From Podarcis liolepis (lineage: Eukaryota): DNA of 64,000 bases. A program made the position numbers and the translations under genes. The stretch is taken from NCBI GenBank assembly GCA_965112155.1, contig OZ218098.1. One strand, 5' to 3'. Below, in pieces: positions 42,688 through 54,600 of the stretch. Each line of letters begins with the position of its first letter. Position 1 is the stretch's first letter. The notes under the pieces were generated by a model, which worked only from the letters and a program-made list of their open reading frames with translations, did no database searches and was not told the DNA's origin.

Positions 42688-45600
42688 TATAACAATAACA
42701 AGAAACTAAATTAAATAAAATATTGTGAATTCTCTCCCCCCCCCCCATGGCTTTACCCTCCCTCCTAAAATCTGAAATGATCTCCAACTCCTACGACATT
42801 ATAAAATGATGCCCTTGTCTGGTAAAGCAGAAGTTTAGCACTAATAATAACAGTTTGCCGCCTTGTGAATGTATGTGCAGGGGTGCAGGGTGTTGCAGTC
42901 ATAGTGAGGCCAATTATTAGTCCCTTGTCAGTTCTGGATGATTCTCTATGTTGCCTTTGTATGGGCAACGGTCTAGGCATCATCTTTCCAAGTGAAATAC
43001 TCACTGGTTTGGGCAATCCGTCCGGTCCCACGCAGCCTGAAAATAAATAAAGGCATAAGAATTCATACAGATCCCTTATATTCCATAAACATGTAAACTG
43101 CCTTAACTTTAACACAAGTTTCCTGTAGCCATAACCATTTGCTTTTAAACATTATTATGCAGCTTTTTCCAGCTAAGTAACCAGTTTATACAGAGAATTT
43201 CACCACATGATGAATTTTTACAGGATTCTTCCTGGGTTGTTCTTTAAAAACATACCTCCATGCAGTATAATGAAAATACAGGCAGAACAATACTGTATTA
43301 ACCACATAGTACTAAAACGTAATTTCATCACATGGAGCGGAGCATTTATGTGTAACCACAGAAGGAAATGGATGCTGAGGGTGCCATAGCATCCTACTAT
43401 TCTTCACCACTTGTGGCATGCCCCCTACAGGTCAGGTGCTCATTTTGTGTTTACAGACATAATTTGAAATTACAGAAAGACATGCAAATGTTAGAAAAAG
43501 CTAAAGTTACCCTTGTGTTATTTAGGCCCTAATTATACACATGCACACACCTCTGAGCAGATAAGTAGAGGATTGCCCTTCCACATACCACCTCTAATGA
43601 TCTTCATAAGCTGTTTATTAGGGGCAACAGACCAGAAATAAACCATACAGGACAAGCGTAGCATAGTAACAGCAGCTTAGAAACTAGAAACTAGCAAATA
43701 TACAAAATAGCAAATAGCTTCAGGTAAGCCCCTGGAAATAATCCTTCCAGCTTTAGGTGGTTAACTGACTTCTTTTTGTCACAGCCACCAACAGAAATTT
43801 GACTGCTGTCCTTAAAACTTGTGGGATTTTATCTCCCAGCAAATGTTTAACATAGAATTGAGTTGACCTTCCTGGTAATTTGGCCAGTAAAGGGCCAATC
43901 ATTTGCTGATGAACTCCAACACCTTTAATTATGCATCTGCTTTTGGTTTAAATTGACATAATTAGCCGATCAGGATTAGAGAAACTTACCACATGTTTTG
44001 ACACAGATATCCGTGTATGTATTGAAGAGGATTTTGTCCTCTGGGCAGAAGCATCCTTCAGCAACATGCTCACTTGTATCTTTGGTTGGTCTGCAAGGAA
44101 AAGAAGAGCAGATAATATTATTTCCAGTTCTGTAATCAAACAGTTTAATAGCTTCAATGCTCACCTTCGTAAAAACACTATTTTTCTAAGGGATTACAGT
44201 ATTTAAATGCAAAAGAAAACTGGCGCTTTCCTAAGAAGTAAATAAATACAGTGGTGCCCCGCAAGACGAATGCCTCGCAAGACGGAAAACCCACTAGACG
44301 AAAGGGTTTTCCGTTTTTGAGCTGCTTTGCAAGACGAATTTCCCTATGGGCTTGCTTTGCAAGATGAAAACGTCTTGCGAGTGTTCCGATTTTTTTCCCC
44401 TTTCCCCCCCTTTTTCTAAGCCGCTAATAGCCTTTTAGCTGCTAAGCTGCTAAGCCTTTAATAGCCGCTAATCTGCTAAACCGCTAATAGCGCTAATCCG
44501 CTAAGCCGCTAATAGGGTTGCTTCGCAAGACGAAAAAACCACTAGACGAAGAGACTCGCGGAACGGATTATTTTCGTCTTGCGAGGCACCACTGTACTGG
44601 AGCCATTCACTATAGATGGCATAATAAGAGACAACAGCTTAATTGCAACAGTTTATGTTAAGAGTAAGAATTGTGTGTTGGGAATCCGGTCAGCACAATT
44701 ATTTGCATGTCTACTCAGAAATAAGTTTTTCAGGTCAATGGCACTTACTCTCAAGTAAGTGTGCATATGGTTGTAGGTTAACAGCGCACACTGAACCACG
44801 TCTACTCAGGTCAAAAGTGCTGTAGGCTGAATCTGGCCTATGGGCTGTCACTTCTCCACCCCCAATTTAAACCAGTGAAAGCTAGTCTGCCAGGCCACTG
44901 TGCTCAAGCTTTAAACACTACACTAGTAGGAAGAAATCTTTGAAAGGATCTTTCTTAATCTATTTACAGTGGTACTTTGGGTTACATACGCTTCAGGTTA
45001 CATACGCTTCAGGTTACAGACTCCGCTAACCCAGAAATAGTACCTCGGGTTAAGGATAAGAATAGAAATCATGCTCCGGCGGCGCGGCAGCAGCAGGAGA
45101 CCCCATTAGCTAAAGTGGTGCTTCAGGTTAAGAACGGTTTCAGGTTAAGAACGGACCTTCAGAACTAATTAAGTACTTAACCCGAGGTACCACTGTACAA
45201 TGCTATCCAATTGCACTATGCATGGGATCAGGGTTGAAACAGAATCCCTTTTTTGAGCTAAGAACAAGGTAATGCGGAATAGTTATCCTGGCTTTAAACT
45301 CTTTTCACCTGCTCTGCTTTACTTAATTTGGGACGGACCCCACCTTTTAACACCCTTGACTTAAGGTAACCAAGCTGAATAGAGAGAGTTAAAGCTAGAA
45401 TAACTATTCAACATTACCATGATTTATGGTATCAGGTAAGCATGCTAATCCATTTATGTGGCCTATACAGTATTTGTACTCTTGCCTCATTAATTTGTGC
45501 AGAGTACAAGCGAGTATGTGATTCCAGGGTAGACGGGTTTAGCACCAAACGTTAGAATTACCATGCCCTGGATTAGCCATAGGGATAGGGCCTGGAGAAC

Positions 45601-48600
45601 CTGAAAAGGTTTATGGTGCCCTGGAGGACTGACTGGATCTTGCAAACATCATTGTAAAATGAGTAGAGTTGAAAGACCAAGGCAGGGACTTCTGTGGTGG
45701 GAACTGCTCAGGCTCTGGCAGGTTTAAAGTATCTACCAGCAAAGAATGCAGTTTAACCAGAATGCAGTTAAACCTGAAGCTGGCAATCATAATTATTTGG
45801 GGAGGAATTGACATGGAATTAATGACCATATAAATAGATAAGAATGCATTTTTAAAAAACAAATCCTATTAATTAATGCAACATTCCCCTAAAAATTAAC
45901 ACATCAACTATCCACTGCTGCCATACTTGGGAAGATACTAACTAATTAAAGATCTTCATCTAAAGATCTTGATATGACCTTTATACATTCACCATTTTCT
46001 AGCAAGTCATATACATATTTCATATTGTCTCTTATTCAAAGATACAAAAGTGCAGCCATTAGCATTCAGAGAGCTAATTATTTAGTTAATACATACCCAT
46101 CATCACAGGTGACAGGGTGAATGGGGCCACATGCATTGTACACCTTGTCTTTGGGGCAGTGGTATGCTGTATATAAGAGAATAAAATGTGTCATTAAGAA
46201 GCAGAATGACTCCAACATGAGGCAGAACTATGTATTACATGTTGTCATATTATGTTTTTCCCATTAGCTTTTTAAAAAAAATCACATAAAGCATCTATGG
46301 TTGGCATCAGATTGAATGAAGGAGTGGCTTTTGCCAAGGCAAGGCACACCCATACCCAGAGGACTGTTGTAAGCCCCAGTGCATGCTCAACCCTGACCTA
46401 CAAATGGAAATATCCATAGCTGAGAACATGGATTCAATACAGACATCCACAGATGGATTCTGATCCAGTGGAGAGAACCTGTTGGTGGAAAGAGAGGGAG
46501 GCAACATTTGCCAATTCCCCCATCCTCTTGCAGTGCCACCTCCCATGTTGATCTGGAGGATCCTCCAACCCTCTGGAGCAGTTTCAGAGGTTGCAATGGG
46601 CTTCAGGGAGATGGAGCAATTAGCAAAAGTCAACGTCCCTTCCCTTCTGGATTCAATCCACTATGAAGTGCAGAAGCTGAAATCTTAATTCTTGTGAAAA
46701 AAAGACAAAGACTGAGGGAAACAAACATGCAACTGAAGTTAGAACATGCTATTGTTCAGTTTGCATTGATTACTATTCATCTGCTGACACCGTTTTGAAT
46801 GGTTGATTGATTGGTTCACTCAGCTATTATTGCTCTACGATAAATTGCTGCTCACTTTAGGATAAGCGAAAATACGTTGTCTTCCACTTACGGCATTTTC
46901 CTAGCGTCATGTTCCTCCAGTCAGTACAAACCCCTTTAGCTATGCAGAGGGAAGCATATATCTCCAAATTGTAGCAAGGCACAGAATCATTGGAAGACTG
47001 ACAGGCTTCAAGGAGGCAGTCTTCATAGTATATTCTGGGAGGCAGAACCTTATGGCATTCTTCAAAGACACTTCAAAGACAAAAGAATACATGGTTGAAC
47101 TATGGCTCATAAATATTGCAATGTCCCCTTGCCACCCCATTTTCAGTATGAAACTGCGACTGAAAGGATAATATTCTTAGCAAATATGTACAGTACATTT
47201 CACAATGATATCAATTCTAGAAAGATCAGCTTTGTATTACTATGAAAGTAAAAATCCTACAGTGTTGCAATGTTAAAGCTCTTTATGGTATATAAGGTAG
47301 CCGAGATGCCTTGAAGATACTAAAACAATGCCATGCTTATTGTTGGATGGATCTTATGTTCTTTGTATACTGTGTTAGTTTTATGATGTTAGCCACCCTG
47401 AGCCTGGCTCCGGCTGGGGAGGGCGGGGTACAAATAAAATGTATTGTTATTATTAGCTGTGAAATATAAGAACAATAAAGGGTGTTATCTATCCCTAGAA
47501 AACATTCCTGATGTCCTAGCAGTAGAAAAAAACATAAGAATATAAGGTGAAAAGCTCTGCTGGAGCAGACCAAAGCTTTATCTTTCTAGTCCTGCAGTCA
47601 ACCAGTGGCTTATGTCCTGCCCACAAGCTGGACAGACGAGGTCATGTGCACAATGTCTTGGTGATGATTTTATGTTCCTATGTGTTCATCAGAAGTGGGC
47701 TTTTTTTAAAAAATTAAGTTGTCAAAGCAATAGCTTGCTCTGCAGGATCTAACAGCTGAAGCATTTGTAAAGGCTGTGTTGAACTTACTCGCTCACAATC
47801 AGCTCACACAGAGGAGATGGAGTGGTGCAGGGTGTTGGTGCTGGTGTTGTCGTTCTTGGCTCATGCGGTGTTGTTGTTGGAGGTGATGTTGTTGGCACTC
47901 CATAGCAATGGGGCTTGTTTTTATCGTAGGTCTTCCAGTAGCTGGCCATTTCTGAGCAAGAGGAAGCTTCATGGCCGTTGGGGAGGCGGCAGTCATCTGT
48001 CTTGTCATTTGAACATACCCCTAGGAGGGAGAAAGGGTCGCATCGTAAGTGTGCTGAATATGCAGTATACATTAGTGTCACTTTGAATGACATTGAAATA
48101 ACGAAGCGGACTTCCTAATTGAAAAAGCCATTGTTGCTATCATAAAGTGTACCTTATATGCATATTCTGTTTCCTACTCTTCAGTATGGATATATTAGTC
48201 AAACCCAGGCTTCCTCAACCTCAGCTCTCCAGATGTTTTGAGACTACAATTCCCATCACCCCGACCACTGGTCCTGCTAGCTAGGGATCATGGGAGTTGT
48301 AGGCCAAAAACATCTGGAGGGCCGAGGTTGAGGAAGCCTGGTCAAACCATAGGTCCACCAAGCCCAATTAGGTCTACTCTGATGGGCAGCAGTTCTTTCT
48401 TCATCCCAAGAACTTTCAGATGTAGATACCAGGAACTGGACCTGGGATGGTCTAACACCACTCACACGTGTTCGGCCATGGAGCTGTGGCCCCTCCCCCC
48501 AATGGTTAATTTTTCTTTATTGCTTTTCTAATGCTCCACATCTTCCTATGTAAAGAAATTTGTTTTGAAGGAATAACATTATGAAAAAGGATTTGAATGG

Positions 48601-51600
48601 TTGGGGATGTTTTGATCCCTTTACTTACCACATTGCCCCTCTGTGTTATGCTGAAATAGGTCAAAGGGGAGTTCTACTGAGAAAGTGAGCCCGTTGAAAG
48701 ATATAAAAGCTTGGAGTGCAGGGATTTCGACACTCATGACAGTTCCAGTACTGGTGACAGAAATACCATATTTGGTGAAATCTCCATTGACCGGCTCATG
48801 GTTGAAAAAAATCTGAAACAGCAGCACAAAAGAGGCAAAAGAATATAAATCTGGAGGATTCAGAGTCTTCCAGAGCACTTGAGGGCAATCAGTCCTGGCC
48901 ATGCTGATATTTCCTAGCTGCCTGTTTTTATACTACTTTTAATACTGCAATGATTATTTTACTGTGTTATTGTATTTAATTAAAAACAGTAAGCCATAGT
49001 TTTTAACTGAAAACATACAGACACATGTATATATATGTGTGTGTGCGCGCGTATGTCATTGATTCTATAACCATTAAATGGAAGTAAAGTGCATTAAACT
49101 CAGTGGGGGCTTTCTTCTGAGTAGTCATTATAGAGATGCACAGTTTGAGGAATAGCATCTCAATCCTAAACATAATCTACATCATGGGATTAAGTAGCAT
49201 TCCTCAAACAGGCACTTTGCCATGATTGTTATGTAAATTTTACAACCCATTAGCTAGTTTATAAATGTCATTTTGACATTTTTGTTTTGGTAAAAAATAA
49301 TTATTGTAGGAAGCTGACACAGTTTGAGAAATCTGTGGCACACAGTACCTTGTTAATTCTCACTCCTTCATGCACTTCACTGCTTAGCACAACTTCCATT
49401 GAGTTGTAATTTACAATGATGGCTCTGGAACAGGGCTGATTGTTAGTGACATCACAGAAATAATTGTCAAGCAAAACACTGAAGTTTCCATGTATATTCA
49501 CAATCTCTTTCACCAAGATGTAAGTGCAGTTGTCATAGAAAGTGTAATTAGTGCCATCAAATGTCAGATAGTTAGCATCCCAACCAGTGCAAATACCTGT
49601 AACAGAAATCAAAAGATCAAATAAGGTTCACCTGGAGTGTAGTCTTGAGCAAACCAGAGGACCAAAGTAAATATACACTGTGAAATCATTGGTTATTATG
49701 CTGTTGCTTGTATTAACTTTGATGGGCTAGGTCCTAGTTTGGTACACCAATTAGAAAGTGGGAATAATAAGAGAATTCTAGGAGAACAATGTTGATGGTG
49801 CAGATTTTGTGGTGAAACAACTGCCATAGCCAGAGTCCTGATGACTAGTGACAGCCAGGGCAGGAATTGATTGAACCACAGCATTTTCTCCCTTACTCCT
49901 TTCCATTGAAATATGAAAAGCCACCCATTGACTTTTTTAGGAGTATGCTAGAGAAACAAGAGGTTTAGGCTTCTGCAAATCCATAGCCTTCCCTGAAAGA
50001 CCCTCAAAAGTCTCACCTCCCTCAATAAATGGAATTGCAACTGCATGACATTACACCCCCTGAGCTTTGTATGATACAGTCCTGTAAGTTAAATATGTTA
50101 ATCTCTCATTCCATATCATAAAGATATATGTACTTTTTCTGAATGCTCAGTTATACTTACATTCACATTCATAGCGTTCGACACAGCCATCCTTATCTAC
50201 TATTTTTATCGGTGGGAGTCCACTCACACATACTGTCTTCTCTACAGGTGGTTGCGGCTTCAGAACTATTTTGTTGTTTCCTTCACAAGTTGCCACAGTG
50301 CAGTTGTTAAACATCCAAGTTTCATTGGTCTAGAGGGAAACCAGAGAAAAAATATTCTACAAGTGTCATACTCTTAGAAAGACACCATCTCCACTACCAA
50401 GGGTTCTTGTCCTACTGGAAGAGGAAAACCCATCTGGAGGCAAAATGGGGTGTTAGGGGGAGAGGCTGTTTCTCAATGGTAGAGCACATGGTGTGCATGC
50501 AAAAGGTCCCATGTTTAATCCTTAGCAACTCCAGATAGCCCCAGGGTAGGCTCCTATATGAAACCCTGAGGAGTTATTAGCAGTCAGCAAGGACAAGAGT
50601 GAGATAGATAGACCCATAGTCTGCCTTGGTATAAGCCAGCTTGCTATGTTTTAGAAAAGTGAGGCAAACAAGAACATTTGGAATGGACTTGAGATTTCTC
50701 CATATATGACTCTGTGGCAGGGGTAGGCAACCTGTAGCCTACCCAAAGTTGTTGGATTCCAGTTCCCACCAGTTCCAACCACCAGTGGTCAGGGATAATG
50801 AGACTTTGAATCCAGTAACATCAAGATCCCCATCCATTTTCAGTGAGATCAATAGCACAAATAAGATCTATAACAAGAGAGTTGATTGTGACCAAGTGCA
50901 TGTTCACATGACAGCTCCTCATACCTCCCAAAACAGTGGTGCTCATACAGCATGAATTGTGGGCAAAAGTCCCTGGGGTAGTCAGGATTTTCTTTTCAAC
51001 ATAGACACCTCGTTCACCAAGAGAGGATTCATTTGATGGTTTTTAAGAGGGGTGAAAATGGAGTGAGAGAGGCATTTGGTAGCCAACAGCTTTCCCCAAC
51101 ATGGAGCCCTTTTGATGTTTAGGGCTACAGCCTCTCATCAGCTAGCAAAAGCTATCCCCAATGTATGTATGAAAACAATTCTAATTACCTTTCTTGGTGG
51201 ATCAATATCAGGGCAACCTGTTACAGGAGTTGTGGGGGTTGATACAGCTGCAGTAGTGTATACTCTGGTTGATGGAACAACAGTAGTGGGTGACGGAGAA
51301 GGCTGGGTTCCTGCAGTTGTAACTGATGGTGTTGATGGGTGGGAAGGAGTTGTTGAAGGACATGGTCCCTGGAACACCTCAATTTCACAGCTTCTGTTGC
51401 AAACTGCATAAAAACTGCATCCGGAACTATCAGTTCTATTGTATATTACTTCCCCTGTTTTAAAAAAGGAGGGAATTTATCATAAAGCACCATGTACGAA
51501 AAATATAAAACAAAACATGTCATAACGTTCTAAAATGCAAATAAAGTTCAGATGAATTTGTCTACTGACATGCAGTGCAACTCTCAGCAGCAAGTCTGAG

Positions 51601-54600
51601 AAAGCATGCATTGGATTGTGTAATTTGTCGTGGGCAAGCTCCAACCCCACACCACCATGGGAGATCAGCAAGAGGTTCAGCCGAGGCCTTTTCCCCAGTT
51701 GGTCCTTAGCCAGTAAATCATATACAAGTATAACTTGTGACTCACAATCCTAGGGAGTAAAAGGACATGTTGGCCACCTGTTAAAAGTAATGGCTGGCAG
51801 ATAGTAGTAGATGTACATGAATATGAGTCAGTTGTAAAAGGGGATAGGGGATAGGTGAGAGATGGATCTATTGACATCTCTGTGGTTCAATACTGTTCAA
51901 AGAATGTATGGCATGAGAGAATTACAGAATTCACCTCAGCTAATACTTTTGTTCCCTAGGTTGTTAAAACATGTAAAGCAGTGTAGAGTAAAACACAGAT
52001 ACATAAATTCAATAAAGTATTGAAAATATCAGCCCCAAACTTGCAACAAACAAACAAAAAACCCAGATAAAGCAGGATTAATAAAATGATTTAAATGTAA
52101 ATGTAAAAAGTAAGTAAAAAGGTTTCTACTCCTCCTCAAACTATACAGCAGAGCACCAAAGTAGACTCCCCTGTGGAGAGTGGTGCACAATCATGATGTA
52201 GGTATAAGGAAGGAAGTATGTTGAACATATGTACAATCAAAGCAATATGTGAATGAAAACATTGCTTCAGCTGCTTTTCAAATTCATTAAGAGAAACTCA
52301 CCAGGAGAAAACAAGCCCTTACTAAATCCGGGCACACGGCAGAAACATGGAGTTGTTCTGCTCAAAGTGACTGTTGTAGTTCCTGTTGTAGAAGGTATGG
52401 AAGTACTTGTTGCTGCTGAAGACACAATAGAAAAGAAATAAATGTATAACAGTTGTTACGTACTGCTTGAAGACATACTGCTGGAAATGGATGCTAAACA
52501 CTGTAGATACTTAAGACTTCAGTGTACACTTCCAAAGCACCAACTGAAGCATAACAATTCAGAATTCCAACTGAGCTCAGCCGGACTTACATGTATCTTT
52601 AGGGCTGGAGAATTTAACTTGATAATTGTACTACAAAAACCAGTTTAATGGATCAGATCAATACTTTGCTTACTTGCTGTTCTTATTATACACCTACCAT
52701 ACTATCAAGAAACAGGGGAATCCAGCTATATTCCTCCCAGTATCAAGAAACACACCGCTCCAGTCCAAAGGTGCTGTTAATAAAATTCCAAATATCTAGC
52801 CAGAGAGCTATCTACTACTTGTAATAGCATTGAAAACCTCTTTGAAAAATGCACACTGAGATCTAGGCAAACATTTTTGATAAGTTGCTAGCTGATAGAC
52901 ACTAGGTTTCATAATTGGGATACCAATTTTTGAAAAGGGTGGTATATGAAATAAGATCACCAAGCCCCCATTAATATGAAACAATTTGCTAACATTTGGC
53001 ATGACACCTGTAATTGAGTAACATGTAATAAATTTAACTGTTGGAATATTTACCAAAGGTAACAAGATTTTCATACCAGGATATGCAGATTCATTCTGTA
53101 ATTACCTGTTGTAACAACGACCAAAGGCTTAGTGGAAAATGGCACTCTGGTAGGGACAGTTGCTGTTTCTACAGTAATCCCAGTAGTGGATATCGTCGAC
53201 ACAGGTTTGGAAACATGGGTAGATGGAAGAGATGTGGTTGAAACGGTGGAAGCCACTCCAGAAGTGATAGAAGGTGTGCTGACAGAGCCAGGGGTTGAGA
53301 AAGGGATGGTGGTCATGGGCTTTCCTGTTGTAATTCCAGGAGTGGTGGAAACAAGGGTGGTGCTTTGGGTGGTAGTGACTACAATGGGAGGTGGTGTAGA
53401 AGCTGTGGAGGATGCTGGAGTTGTGCTCTTGCCAGCAGTGCTGCCTGGTGTTTCTGTGGTTGTTGGCTTTCCTGTGGTTACTCCTGGAGTTGTGGAAACA
53501 AGAGTGGAGCTTTGGGTGGTGGTAAATACAATGGGAGGTGGCGTAGAAACCGTGGAGGATGCTGGAGTTGTGCTTTGGCCTGCCGTGCTGCCAGGTTTTT
53601 CTGTGGTAGAAGCAGCAGGTGTGCTCAGTGGTGTTGTGCTAGGATGGCAGGGCTTGTATTCACAGCACTGGTATCTAACCTGGTAGTTATAACACATCTT
53701 GTCTGTTTGCTTAGAATTTTCGCACAAAAGTCCAACATGGAGGTTACATTGCACTTCCTGACCAAGCAGATACAGGCTGACATCAGGGTGATTCTCAGCT
53801 CTGCATTCAATGTCTTGTGGATGTTTGCAAACATTTCCTCCAGCTTTTCGGATGGTCTCAAAATTCTCCATATCGCCATCATCTGGACTGCTGGTAGGAC
53901 GGTGCAAATCATACCAGGAGGTCCAGTTACACTTTGGGAGGCACACAGTAGAGGTACTTTCTAGCGTAGTGGTAACAAGGGGAGCCAGGGTGGTTGTTGT
54001 GGTCAGCAGGCCTGGAGGGGTTTGTGCAGTGGTCCCGGTGGTGGGTATTGTTGAGGAAGGCTTGGAAACAGGAGTGGACTGGAGTGTTGTGGCTGTCACA
54101 GTGGGGACCACTCCAGTGGAGACAGCAGCAGTGCTGACTGAGCCTGGTGTTGTGAGAGGGAGGGTGGAAAGCGGCGTTGAGTGGGTGGTGGTGGTTGGCT
54201 TTCTTGTTGTAACTCCTGGAGTTGTCGGAACAAGGGTGGTGCTTTCGGTGGTGGTGAATACAACGGGAGGTGGCGTAGAGCCCGTGGAGGATGCTGGAGC
54301 CGTGCTCTTGCCTGCCGTGCTGCCTGGTGTTTCTGTGGTTGTTGGTTTTCCTGTGGTTACTCCTGGTGTTGTGGAAACAAGGGTGGTGCTTTCAGTGGTG
54401 GTATGGACAACAGGAGGTGGCGTAGAGCCCGTGGAGGATGCTGGAGCCGTGCTCTTGCCCACCGTGCTACCTGGGGCTTCTGTGGTGGTGGCACTTGTTG
54501 TGACCAGTGGCGCTGGCGTGGTTTCACAGTGCTTGTAGTCGCAACACAGTGCTCTCATCTCATAGTCGTAACAGATCTTGTACTTCCCTGTCTGTTTGGC

